A stretch of DNA of 64,000 nucleotides from a virus. Each line of letters starts with the position of its first letter. Within the stretch, counting starts at the first letter, position 1. Of this stretch, positions 55,158 to 64,000 are shown piece by piece. Both the position numbers and the translations under genes were made by a program. The notes under the pieces are model-generated. The model was not told where the DNA came from. It saw nothing but the letters and a program-made list of their open reading frames with translations, and made no database searches. The stretch lies in the IMG/VR virus record IMGVR_UViG_3300042321_002027, one strand, 5' to 3'.

Positions 55158-57607
55158 CCTATTACACTTGTAATTGATTTGACAGGCTCAAGGAACGACT
55201 TGTTGAACTGTAGCTCACGATCAATATACTTATCTAATCCTAATTCATCGGGCATTTCATCAGGTGTTGCGATAACAGTGTCATTGATAGGATTGGGAAA
55301 CTTAAGATAAGCAAACCTAATCTTATCACCATTCTGAATAGGAGGAATATGGTTAATGTTCTTTTCTTTTAGTAAGTGATTGAACAGCAATGCACCCTTC
55401 ACATGGATAGGAGTTCCTTTTACATAAATTGTAGCAGCATCAGCATATCCTTTCGGATCAGCGTCAAGACCTTTAACGCCTCTCGGAAAAGCAACATCCT
55501 CGAAAGGCAGTGTCATGAACTTAGCTTTGAACTCTTCAATAAACTGAATCAATTCATTTTGATCGCCGTTCATGATAATACCGAATGCTTTCTTAATGTT
55601 CTCGCGACAAGCATGTGGAGTTGAAGAACGAACAGCTTCAATACCAGACAACTTCAGCTTGGGTTTATCATACTGCACACCTTCAACGTTCCAAGCATTG
55701 AGAATGTACATTTTCTTACCACGCCAGATACCCTTGTTGGCAATGGTTTCACGCTTCATCTTCATCTTCTGCTGATATGCATTCATCATATCAGCCAGTT
55801 CCTGATAGCACTGATCCATATATGGCTGAATTTTTAGTTCACAGAAAGCGTCGATAGCTCCCACGATAAAATGGTCATCGTCAATTTTAAGATGCTTTAC
55901 TAACTCCTCCATTGTAACATAGATTGAGTCAGTGTCAGAAGCGATTACATAGTCAATATCTGTTGTATTGAGAACCTTGTTCATGAACTGGTTCATTTTC
56001 TTTTCGATCCAACGAATAGAAAGCTGACCAGACATAGTGATAGCTTCTGCGTGGTTATGGTTGAACCAACGGAAGTACTGGTTACCCAAAGCACCATAAG
56101 CAGAGTTCAGCTGAATTTTCTTGGCCAGCTGCATGTTATGATAACGAGCAACCAACTTAGCATCTTCTGGGTTTTTAGTTTCTTCATAACGTTTCTTTGC
56201 TTCAATCATAAGCTTCTTATACTCTGATCGGCTGTTATACATTTTTTCCATCAAAGCAGGAAGAAATCCCTGCTTTTCGCGAGTATAATAACAACCATTG
56301 GCAGCATAAGCAACACCAGCCGCTGAACGATATGGTGAACCAAACGGATACTTAAGATCAAGCAAATCATCGATACTAGGCATGTCGTCAAGTTTACCAA
56401 CAAAAGTTTCTGGACTGATGTTGTACTGCATAATCAGGTGCGGATACAGTGAGTTTAAGTCGAACGACACAACCCACTTACTCAAACCAATCTTTGGTTC
56501 TTTAACGTGACCACCGACCAATGCTTCGTTGTCAGGCTGCTTCTTGAACTGTGGGATGACAATGTTCTGCTCTAGCAGATAGTTGTGAATGATCACATCC
56601 CATGAGCGAACAGTTGTCATTGTGTCCGAATAGTTTACCTTGGCGTCATAGGCAAGCGCCATCACCTGTTCTAGAAACTTCAGCTTGTCGTCGAGTTTCT
56701 CGACCAGCACAACGTCTTGAATGTTATACTCAATAAACTTTTGATAATCTTTTTTATACAATTCTAACAGATTACCATACTCTGAGTAGTCAACCTTTTT
56801 CTCACCAAGTTCAATTTGTGAAATATAGTCAAGCTTATACGACTCTTGATTACCAAAAGTAAACTTGCGATAGAGTTGATAGTAGTCTAGAACTGTGATA
56901 CCAACAGGCTCATAGCTTTGGTTTTCTTTACCTTTGAACTCAACCATACGTTCATTTAAGATTCCCCATGGCGAGAGTTTCTTTGCTTCGGACATACCAA
57001 GCAAACTTTTAATTCTGTTTACCAAGTATGGCATGTCGAAAAACTCGACGTTCCAACCTGTTACAATGTCCATGTCCAAATGCTGCCAAGCAAGCAAAAA
57101 CTTAGCAAGCAAGTCATATTCATTCTTACATCTTAGATAACTTGTATTGGGATCATTGCTGATGAAATGTCCGCAACCAAACACATAGTTCGTTCCTTGG
57201 AAACGTAATGCAATTGCAGTAATTTCTTTGTCGGCTTTTTGGATGTTAGGGAATCCTTCGTCGGCAGCGACCTCGATGTCTATGTTACCGATACGAATAG
57301 TTTTTGGATCGTAGTTTATTTCACCTTTGAATGCATCAAAAATATATACGTATGTAAATGCATTCAGACCATAGATTTCCATGTTGGATACATCTTCATA
57401 TCTTCCAATAAAATCTTTAGCATCTGAAATGCTATCAAACTGCATCTTTTCGACGGGTTTATTATCTAACGTGCGATACTTACCACCTTGTTTTTGAATA
57501 AACATATAAGGATGGTAGTTTTCAATGAACTTAGAACGTTTACCATTCTTAAACCCACGAACATAAATTTTATCACCACGTTGGAAAACACTTGTATAAA
57601 AATCCAA
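55112..57607 (-). CDS. 43: family B DNA polymerase (T4 gp43); likely TTG start after GGAGG
   Basis: DIEV exo I, DLNSLYP, K.QLNS.YG, SDTDS. Confidence 0.96.
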   Translation of the reverse strand: MDFYTSVFQRGDKIYVRGFKNGKRSKFIENYHPYMFIQKQGGKYRTLDNKPVEKMQFDSISDAKDFIGRYEDVSNMEIYGLNAFTYVYIFDAFKGEINYDPKTIRIGNIDIEVAADEGFPNIQKADKEITAIALRFQGTNYVFGCGHFISNDPNTSYLRCKNEYDLLAKFLLAWQHLDMDIVTGWNVEFFDMPYLVNRIKSLLGMSEAKKLSPWGILNERMVEFKGKENQSYEPVGITVLDYYQLYRKFTFGNQESYKLDYISQIELGEKKVDYSEYGNLLELYKKDYQKFIEYNIQDVVLVEKLDDKLKFLEQVMALAYDAKVNYSDTMTTVRSWDVIIHNYLLEQNIVIPQFKKQPDNEALVGGHVKEPKIGLSKWVVSFDLNSLYPHLIMQYNISPETFVGKLDDMPSIDDLLDLKYPFGSPYRSAAGVAYAANGCYYTREKQGFLPALMEKMYNSRSEYKKLMIEAKKRYEETKNPEDAKLVARYHNMQLAKKIQLNSAYGALGNQYFRWFNHNHAEAITMSGQLSIRWIEKKMNQFMNKVLNTTDIDYVIASDTDSIYVTMEELVKHLKIDDDHFIVGAIDAFCELKIQPYMDQCYQELADMMNAYQQKMKMKRETIANKGIWRGKKMYILNAWNVEGVQYDKPKLKLSGIEAVRSSTPHACRENIKKAFGIIMNGDQNELIQFIEEFKAKFMTLPFEDVAFPRGVKGLDADPKGYADAATIYVKGTPIHVKGALLFNHLLKEKNINHIPPIQNGDKIRFAYLKFPNPINDTVIATPDEMPDELGLDKYIDRELQFNKSFLEPVKSITSVIGWNAEHISTLEDFFS

Positions 57608-57709
57608 CTCGTACCTCCAAACCAAAGTTATATTATACACTAAACAAACATAAAAGTAAAGGGGGATTGCTCCCCCTCTTTAAACCTTTATCGACCAAAG
57701 TATATGGAA

Positions 57710-57877
57710 TTATCTTTTACCTTCCATCACTACACGTTCAATGTCATATCTACTGATACCAATGTCTGCTAAATCTTTGTCAGTCATTGCTTTAAGATCA
57801 CGAATTGCGCGACTTTGTTCGCTAGATCTTAGTTTTCCAAATATTGCATCTGATAATAGGCTAAAAGCTGTAAACAT
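57710..57877 (-). CDS. DUF1127 (YjiS-like) small protein (absent from ORF track)
   Basis: MFTAFSLLSDAIFGKLRSSEQSRAIRDLKAMTDKDLADIGISRYDIERVVMEGKR; L..M.D..L.DIGI.R..I. Confidence 0.75.
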   Translation of the reverse strand: MFTAFSLLSDAIFGKLRSSEQSRAIRDLKAMTDKDLADIGISRYDIERVVMEGKR

Positions 57878-57879
57878 TT

Positions 57880-58362
57880 TTATTCCTTTGTGTTTTGTTT
57901 TGTTTTGTCTACAATATCAATCTTCTTGGGCTTTTTTTCTTCAGGAATAATATTTTCCAACCATAGCTTTAACATACCATTTACAAGTTCAGCATTCTTC
58001 ACTTCAACTGTATCAGCTAAAGTAAATTTACGAGTGAACGAACGATCCGCAATGCCCTTATAAAGATACTGAATTGGGTTTGTTGGATCCAGCTGATCTA
58101 GCGTCAAACCACCTTTAACAACAAGAGTGTTGTTTGCAATTTCAATGTCAATGTTCTGCTTACCGAAACCAGCAACAGCCATTTCGATAACATACTTGTT
58201 TTCATCAACCTTTGCAATATTATATGGGGGGTATCCTGGAATTCCCTTTAGGGTTTCTTCATGAACCTTGCCAAGTGTTTGGAGCATCTTGTCTGCTCCA
58301 ATAAACATTCTGCTGAAGTTGTTACCTGGGAATCCGTTAAATGAAAATACATCATTAGTCAT
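57880..58362 (-). CDS. ibpA: small heat-shock protein (Hsp20/IbpA-like)
   Basis: YPPYNI, IEMAVAGF, GIA.R.F.R.F.LA, A.L.NG.L. Confidence 0.92.
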   Translation of the reverse strand: MTNDVFSFNGFPGNNFSRMFIGADKMLQTLGKVHEETLKGIPGYPPYNIAKVDENKYVIEMAVAGFGKQNIDIEIANNTLVVKGGLTLDQLDPTNPIQYLYKGIADRSFTRKFTLADTVEVKNAELVNGMLKLWLENIIPEEKKPKKIDIVDKTKQNTKE

Positions 58363-58416
58363 AGTTTTCTCCTTATGTAAGCGAGATTGAATTAATGGTC
58401 CCTTTCGGCGACCACG
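58363..58416 (-). promoter_or_regulatory. ROSE-like RNA thermometer
   Basis: CUCGCUU-acau-AAGGAG hairpin pairing UCGCU with SD, preceded by a GAAA-loop hairpin. Confidence 0.65.
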
Positions 58417-58420
58417 TATT

Positions 58421-58449
58421 ATATAGGCACGTGAGATATTACTTTAAAG
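58421..58449 (-). promoter_or_regulatory. RpoH (sigma32)-type promoter
   Basis: CTTTAA-N16-CCTATAT versus rhizobial RpoH consensus CTTGAA-N16-CCTATAT. Confidence 0.55.
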
Positions 58450-58452
58450 TGG

Positions 58453-58707
58453 TTAGTGTAATTTTTTTCCGAATGTCTCTTTTGCTACACAATATACGTC
58501 CATATTTCTAATATCAAGTATGAACATAGGAGTCATTTCTGCCTTCTTGTATTCAGATGCTGCCAATAACATTCTTGAAAAACTGTTATCAGACTCACCC
58601 ATTTCTATCGCAGTTTCGGCAGAAGCTTCCATAATATGTTCTGGAATAACTTTATATGAAGACATATCGAACCCTTTTTCAGGGTATTTATTCGATTTTA
58701 TACTCAT
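58453..58707 (-). CDS. hypothetical protein
   Basis: ORF track. Confidence 0.5.
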   Translation of the reverse strand: MSIKSNKYPEKGFDMSSYKVIPEHIMEASAETAIEMGESDNSFSRMLLAASEYKKAEMTPMFILDIRNMDVYCVAKETFGKKLH

Positions 58708-58922
58708 TAATACGCTTCTCTTGCATTGTCAATTTATCCTTTTGGTGGCGGCGAGGATTGCCACATATATAACAAGAACAAGGTGTGCGTGTTTCTGCTA
58801 TTCTTCTTATATGTTGCTCGCGAGATTCTTCGCCCCAAAACCATCTTTTAATCCAATGAAACTTAGAAACCTTTTGCTTCATGCGTTCATGGTGGTGACG
58901 ACGTTCTGCTCTTGTTCTCATG
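58688..58922 (-). CDS. small basic protein with CSC..CGNPR motif
   Basis: MRTRAERRHH...PCSCYICGNPRR; GAGG RBS. Confidence 0.6.
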
Positions 58923-59321
58923 TTACCTCGATCTATCTGGATACCACTTTCCGTCATAGTATTCTCCGTGGCGTGCGGACTCATAATCCGACCACCCGGG
59001 ATTATCCACCTTTTTTCTTTCAACAACTTGAGATGCATTTACACTAGCTGTCTGAGTTCCTGCAACACTATAAGCTACTGCTTTCATAAATGTAGGGCAG
59101 TATGCATCAGAGCAAACATAGCCCATTACATTACTCAGATCTATTCCGCACTTACCACATTTAGGTTTGTGGTAAAGTGGTCCTGGAGGAGTTGTTGGCC
59201 AAGTAGGATTTACAGGATAAGGATATCGACCAGTTTCTAACTGGGCAACCCTACCCTCCAAATACACCAGTCTTGTCTGTAGGTGTCGTATCATTTCCTC
59301 TAGTTCTTCGTTCGAGCTCAT
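58923..59321 (-). CDS. hypothetical protein
   Basis: CGKC...MGYVC....CP. Confidence 0.5.
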   Translation of the reverse strand: MSSNEELEEMIRHLQTRLVYLEGRVAQLETGRYPYPVNPTWPTTPPGPLYHKPKCGKCGIDLSNVMGYVCSDAYCPTFMKAVAYSVAGTQTASVNASQVVERKKVDNPGWSDYESARHGEYYDGKWYPDRSR

Positions 59322-59472
59322 CGTGAAACCCTTTCATAAATTCTCTGTAAATCGTAGGTGAGTCAAGCATTAGTTCGCAATACAAACGACCAAAGTCCTT
59401 CGCGTGACTGTAGTAATAATCCTTGACCAACTTTTCGTTATATTGCCAACCAAACATTTCACTCAGTCCCAC
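59251..59472 (-). CDS. hypothetical protein
   Basis: ORF track. Confidence 0.45.
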   Translation of the reverse strand: MGLSEMFGWQYNEKLVKDYYYSHAKDFGRLYCELMLDSPTIYREFMKGFHDELERRTRGNDTTPTDKTGVFGG

Positions 59473-60200
59473 AATGATTGATAGTACTTACCGAAAAGAG
59501 TAAATCCATTCTGCTTGCGCTTGTGATATGCATCATACTTTTCTTTGTTGAACTTACCACGCTCACGTTCGCGCTTCTCTGACCAAAATGATTCTTCTTT
59601 TTCAACCACAGTGCCATCAGCTTTCAAAACACTGTACATGCGAGGTTCAATTACTTCATCAGGAGCATAAGGATCATAGAAATTCTTATCGCCTTCGTCT
59701 TCATCAAGTTCCTGCTCAAAACTCCAGATCATCTGATCAAGAACCCAAAGCCACTGTGACTGAAACTTTTCGTCTACTGCAACACGTTCTTCTGCAGTGG
59801 CATTTAAACTCTTATCGTAGCAACCATGATTGAAAACTGCATCTTCTCTTTCAGAGAAAAGAAGATGTTCTGGCAAGTCTTCCTTGCTTACAAAGGGACT
59901 GCCATGCTTTGTATCTCTAAGCTGCTTGAGCATAGGTAGAGCGATATGTGCCAGCGTATGATCCATTGACCAAATGTCATAGTTGTCAATGCGAACATTG
60001 ATCTTACGTTTTCGCTCACTGATAAGCTTATTGATTGTTGCATCTAAAACAGTTTGACACCAGCCCTCAAGCTTTTCGAGAAGCTTCTCAAAAAGAGTCG
60101 AGCTTTCTTCCCAATCATACTTGTACTTCTTGTTCATGAACTTGTAATGGAAAGTAGCAGCGTAACGATTATTTGTATATGGTCCGATATATACTTTCAT
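59463..60200 (-). CDS. conserved phage hypothetical protein
   Basis: D.WSMD.TLA.I..PMLKQL...KHG.P, LFGKYY..LWD. Confidence 0.7.
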   Translation of the reverse strand: MKVYIGPYTNNRYAATFHYKFMNKKYKYDWEESSTLFEKLLEKLEGWCQTVLDATINKLISERKRKINVRIDNYDIWSMDHTLAHIALPMLKQLRDTKHGSPFVSKEDLPEHLLFSEREDAVFNHGCYDKSLNATAEERVAVDEKFQSQWLWVLDQMIWSFEQELDEDEGDKNFYDPYAPDEVIEPRMYSVLKADGTVVEKEESFWSEKRERERGKFNKEKYDAYHKRKQNGFTLFGKYYQSLWD

Positions 60201-61258
60201 TTATCTCTCTCTAAATTATTAACGAAAATGTTCCAAACAACTTCCCAAGACCAACTATCCCTAGCAACTATACTACATTTTTTTCTTGATAAAGTCAAGC
60301 ACTTTTTTATCGCTTTTTCCAAATCATTATCTAGTAATCCAGTATACTTGTTGTCTACAACGTCAATTGGACCTTGAACGGGATATGCAGCAACAGGAGT
60401 TCCACAATACATAGACTCAATCATTACTACACCAAAGGTGTCTGCCTTGCTAGTGAAGACAAAACAGTCCGCAGTTTGATAAAACTCAGCGAGTTCTTTG
60501 CCAAACTTATATCCAACAAACTTTACATTTGGATATTTTTCTTCAAGTTCTTTCTTATACGGGCCATCACCAACTACAATCTTAACATACTTATCTGGCA
60601 ATGAACAGAACACATCTAAATTTTTCTCTTTTGAAACTCTGCCCACAGATAGAAGTATTGGTTGTTCTTTGCTTTTTGTGTATCTAGGTGTGAAGATTTC
60701 TGGGTCAACACCTCTTGGCCAAATAACTTGTCTGCGACCAATCTCATTATCAATCATAAACTGTCTAACAGTTTCAGTTGGACAAAATACTTTACGTTTT
60801 CTATGAAACCATTTAATGTAGTTTCTAGTAATCCATTCAGGAACACCAGCAACTTCTTTCATAAACTTTGACCAGTCTGTATGATAAGATGTGGTGTATC
60901 TTCTGTTTTTAGCGGTTAAAATAAATGCAGCAGCAAGACCTAGCGGTCCTTCAGTCGCGATATGATAGACGGTATCAGTTTTATATTTGAGATACTTAGA
61001 TATCCCAATAGGTATTGCAAATGGTATTTCAGGATAAACTTTAGAGTGAAGTTTCCTCTTAAATAACCCAGGATGGACAACAACGATATCGTATCCATCT
61101 CTCTTAGCAAACTCCACCATTTTCTTTAATGTGGTAACAACACCACTTACTTGCGGTTCCCATGCGTCTGTTACTATGACTATTCTTTTGAAGTCCAATG
61201 AACTATCTCCCAGGTGCCATCTGTGTTTTCTACGAGTGCTGTACAACTTTCCACCCAA
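60197..61258 (-). CDS. GT4 glycosyltransferase, Agt/MgtA-like (start probably near 61198)
   Basis: IVTDAW.PQV.GVV, HIATEGPLG, TSYHT, VGRVS.EKN, DTFG.V..E. Confidence 0.85.
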   Translation of the reverse strand: MGGKLYSTRRKHRWHLGDSSLDFKRIVIVTDAWEPQVSGVVTTLKKMVEFAKRDGYDIVVVHPGLFKRKLHSKVYPEIPFAIPIGISKYLKYKTDTVYHIATEGPLGLAAAFILTAKNRRYTTSYHTDWSKFMKEVAGVPEWITRNYIKWFHRKRKVFCPTETVRQFMIDNEIGRRQVIWPRGVDPEIFTPRYTKSKEQPILLSVGRVSKEKNLDVFCSLPDKYVKIVVGDGPYKKELEEKYPNVKFVGYKFGKELAEFYQTADCFVFTSKADTFGVVMIESMYCGTPVAAYPVQGPIDVVDNKYTGLLDNDLEKAIKKCLTLSRKKCSIVARDSWSWEVVWNIFVNNLERDK

Positions 61259-61935
61259 TCTCCAGAGTTCATATACTCAACTCCGTTGATTTGTTTGATC
61301 ACAGCAGTATGTATATGCCCGCAGATTACACCATCATAGCCTTGAGACTTACAATAATCAGAAAGAGTGCTTTCAAAATCAAATATAAAGTTCACAGCAC
61401 CTTTTACATTAGCCTTTAGATATGCAGACAAACTCCAATAACCAAAACCAAAAAACTGACGAACTCTGTTATAGAGTTTGTTCAGTTTGAGCAATATGGC
61501 ATATGCGTTGTCGCCAAGGTAACTTAACCATTTTGCGACCTTGTGTACACCATCAAATAGATCACCATGCACTACCAAATATCTTTTGCCGTTTAGTGCC
61601 TGATAATCATGTGTGTCTTTGATTTCAATAGACTCAATGTCAATTGAAACGTCTAACCATTCACGAAGAAACTCATCATGGTTGCCTGTAAGATAGACAA
61701 CTTTAGAACCATGACGCTGTTTGTTGATTATCTGGCGAATGACAAGTGAATGTGATTGTGGCCAGAAGACACGCTTTCTTAGCTTCCATCCATCAATAAT
61801 ATCACCAACAAGAAATAGATTGTCACAAGAATGATTTTTAAGGAAAGAGTTAACTCCATCTGCCTGTGATCCTTCGCTTCCTAAATGGATGTCTGATATA
61901 AAGATAGAGTTATAGTGCTTGATCTTCTTTTTCAT
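61180..61935 (-). CDS. metallophosphoesterase, LpxH2/PlcP-like
   Basis: SDIHLG, GDIIDGW, GNHD, HGD.FD, CGHIH, N.GDWVES. Confidence 0.85.
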   Translation of the reverse strand: MKKKIKHYNSIFISDIHLGSEGSQADGVNSFLKNHSCDNLFLVGDIIDGWKLRKRVFWPQSHSLVIRQIINKQRHGSKVVYLTGNHDEFLREWLDVSIDIESIEIKDTHDYQALNGKRYLVVHGDLFDGVHKVAKWLSYLGDNAYAILLKLNKLYNRVRQFFGFGYWSLSAYLKANVKGAVNFIFDFESTLSDYCKSQGYDGVICGHIHTAVIKQINGVEYMNSGDWVESCTALVENTDGTWEIVHWTSKE

Positions 61936-61948
61936 TTAAGATTTTAAT

Positions 61949-62188
61949 TTAGATATTCTGTCCAGGCTTCTGAGTTGCAGCCTTAATATCATCTGCTGTA
62001 ATTGATTTGCAAATGAAAAAAGTCGTACCAGCATTTGTACCAATCTCAATCTGTTTCTTATCAACTAACTCTTGACCAGCGGCATTACATTCTTGTTCGT
62101 TGTTGTATTCGGGCTTGTTAGGAAAATGAACATCGGTATAGACATCACCGTTGCTCATGACAATATTTAAAACGATAAACCAAATCAT
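61949..62188 (-). CDS. hypothetical secreted/membrane protein
   Basis: hydrophobic N-terminus, two Cys. Confidence 0.5.
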   Translation of the reverse strand: MIWFIVLNIVMSNGDVYTDVHFPNKPEYNNEQECNAAGQELVDKKQIEIGTNAGTTFFICKSITADDIKAATQKPGQNI

Positions 62189-62191
62189 GAC

Positions 62192-62389
62192 TTACTCCTT
62201 TGCGTCATCAATTGCTATAATAATTTGTCTTAGGACATCTTCTCCAGGAATATGATTGTCCAAGTTAATCATGCCTGGAGTTTTACGACCAGCTTGAAAC
62301 CCGCTGATCCAGCACCTAAGTTTCTGTAGTTCTATTTTCCAATGCTGCTCCACTGGGATCTTCAGCTTCTTCTGCGGCGATTTCGTCAT
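62192..62389 (-). CDS. hypothetical protein
   Basis: ORF track. Confidence 0.45.
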   Translation of the reverse strand: MTKSPQKKLKIPVEQHWKIELQKLRCWISGFQAGRKTPGMINLDNHIPGEDVLRQIIIAIDDAKE

Positions 62390-62624
62390 TCAACCTTTTC
62401 CTGAAATCTATGACCATAATTGTGAAAGAAACAAACATCATGCCATATTTGGACATTAGGATCATATACTTTTCCCAAGCAGCATCCTTATTTTCTTTCG
62501 GCTCGTCGGGAAGTGACTTATAATAATCATAGTATTCTGTTACGAATTTTGCACAGTCTTCAAGTTCATCAAACTGTAGCGTTTCTACATACTTAATAAA
62601 CTCTTCTTTTGTGAAACTTTTCAT
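62316..62624 (-). CDS. hypothetical protein (MKSFTKEE start)
   Basis: 3' part of ORF 62316..62759. Confidence 0.45.
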   Translation of the reverse strand: MKSFTKEEFIKYVETLQFDELEDCAKFVTEYYDYYKSLPDEPKENKDAAWEKYMILMSKYGMMFVSFTIMVIDFRKRLNDEIAAEEAEDPSGAALENRTTET

Positions 62625-62625
62625 T

Positions 62626-62955
62626 TTAAGACCCTTCCATGCTAATTGTTCTATCAGTTTTTTCGTAAACCTGCGTCCAACCAACGCCATAACACGGTAC
62701 CACCTCAATGTACTGAGGCAAACCATTGCTGTCGCGCTCGCCATAACCATGCCAAGCAAACCAGCCTGGATACTTATCTACGTACATACGCTGGATTACC
62801 AATGCTTGCTTGTCAGCCTTGTCAATGATTCGCACCAACTCACTACGACAATGTAGCAGTAGTTCGCGAACCTTGTGTGGTTCCATTTCTTCTGGATTAA
62901 ACATACCACCCATCTGCAGGTAGTTGTCAATCATTTCAATTGTCGGATGGTTCAT
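62626..62955 (-). CDS. hypothetical protein
   Basis: ORF track. Confidence 0.5.
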   Translation of the reverse strand: MNHPTIEMIDNYLQMGGMFNPEEMEPHKVRELLLHCRSELVRIIDKADKQALVIQRMYVDKYPGWFAWHGYGERDSNGLPQYIEVVPCYGVGWTQVYEKTDRTISMEGS

Positions 62956-63152
62956 CTTGTCATGTATCCTTTATATCCACATTCTGTGTTAGAACATTGT
63001 ACGTTGATCTTAGGTGGATCGCTCGTTAACATAATACCTGGAGTAGGATTAAACAACTCGCTGCCACAGTGGTCACAAGCAATTGCTAGACCAGATGGCT
63101 CGAGCCGATAATAGTTTCTATTTTCTGACTCGTGTTCTCTTAACGTTTTCAT
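62952..63152 (-). CDS. small zinc-ribbon protein
   Basis: CDHCG...C....CGY. Confidence 0.55.
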   Translation of the reverse strand: MKTLREHESENRNYYRLEPSGLAIACDHCGSELFNPTPGIMLTSDPPKINVQCSNTECGYKGYMTR

Positions 63153-63155
63153 TTC

Positions 63156-63710
63156 TTATTCCTTCACAATAGCTAGGAGTTGCTCATACTGTTCATCAAG
63201 TTGCTTCCAGAAAGAATGATACCTATCATTATAGAGAGCAAACTTGAAGTATAGATATTCTGAAGCATAGTCTTTTGCAAACCTTACTTCCTTATTAGCA
63301 ATAGTCCTAGAATGATTATGCCAACGATCTGCCATTTTAACAAAGATGGAAGTGTTATACCGACGAGTACGATAGTATGTGTTGAGGTGTCGTTCAGTTC
63401 GTGTTGAACCTTTACCATCAGTCACTGCATCTACAAACTCAGCAATATCAAATCCAAATGTGTCATAGATGTCTTCACATGTTACTGATGTGTCTTCAAT
63501 GGTGTCATGCAGCCATCCAACAGTAACAGCATCATCAAGAGAAAAAGTACAATCATTCTCATTTGCAATGTACTCTTCACGAATCTTATCAGTCACTGCT
63601 GTAAGATGGTCTTCCATTGAGAGACAACCATGTCGTTGGTTGCTATGGACACGCAGTGCAAATTCTTTAGCCTTGTCAATAATATTCATCTCAATCCTCA
63701 ATCGCATCAA
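63156..63710 (-). CDS. HD-domain hydrolase, SpoT/MESH1-like (start probably 63689)
   Basis: H..Q, H...V, LHD.IEDT, VK.ADR.HN. Confidence 0.75.
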   Translation of the reverse strand: MMRLRIEMNIIDKAKEFALRVHSNQRHGCLSMEDHLTAVTDKIREEYIANENDCTFSLDDAVTVGWLHDTIEDTSVTCEDIYDTFGFDIAEFVDAVTDGKGSTRTERHLNTYYRTRRYNTSIFVKMADRWHNHSRTIANKEVRFAKDYASEYLYFKFALYNDRYHSFWKQLDEQYEQLLAIVKE

Positions 63711-63915
63711 TACGGAAAGTTTGATTAGGCTCTACGTTTAAAGTACGATCCATATCCTTAGAACCATCAGGATTCCAAGAACGAACACGAATCTTGTTAA
63801 TTCCTGCAGGAACTTTCCAAGTAGCAGAGTTCCTGTTGCTGTTTGCATTAGCAGCAGCTGCAAAAAATGGTAGTGTGAATAGTCCTGCCAGCAAAAGGCG
63901 CTTTCTCATTATCAT
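63691..63915 (-). CDS. hypothetical secreted protein
   Basis: signal peptide; W.VPAG...IRV. Confidence 0.5.
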   Translation of the reverse strand: MIMRKRLLLAGLFTLPFFAAAANANSNRNSATWKVPAGINKIRVRSWNPDGSKDMDRTLNVEPNQTFRIDAIED

Positions 63916-64000
63916 ATCCTTATATTATAGGTCAACGTCAATAAAGACAAGTTCGCCAAGGCACTGGAAAGTAGTACCGTTGATTTTCTGCCTACGAGTG

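Noticed and set aside
1-64000. Genome-wide TAG recoding suggested by the CUA tRNA
   Set aside because: Core genes are full length in code 11 and TAG appears as a normal stop (e.g. 16298-16300)

Overview
Window from a large T4-like (myovirus) phage genome. Several signals point to an alphaproteobacterial host: tRNA-His with A73 and no G-1, a ROSE element and RpoH-type promoter on the small heat-shock gene, DUF1127, a YkuD L,D-transpeptidase and a plcP-agt-like pair. Contents in order: (1) tail end of a DNA-hypermodification cluster (GATase, amidoligase, GNAT, aGPT-Pplase2, P-loop kinase, glycosyltransferase); (2) gp45/gp44/gp62/regA; (3) a + strand cluster of about 27 tRNA/tRNA-like genes with inserted enzymes; (4) on the - strand, phoH, RNase H, an NDP-heptose pathway with transaldolase, speD, grx, clpP, rlpA, a DUF2828/vWA gene, nrdJ, thyX, primase, putative head-internal proteins, dps, helicase, uvsX, gp43, hsp20 and a plcP-agt-like pair. 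The main find is a family of eight small structured RNAs: seven arrayed upstream of the DUF2828/vWA (TROVE/Ro60-like) gene and one in the tRNA cluster. They share a covarying terminal stem, CAGCAA at position 11 and a 3' GUUG. They carry variable tRNA-derived cargo (isolated anticodon stem-loops, T-arms, circularly permuted tRNAs). The same locus has a CUA-anticodon tRNA directly followed by a 13-codon mini-ORF with an in-frame amber codon. All calls come from reading the sequence and recalled family motifs; no searches were run.
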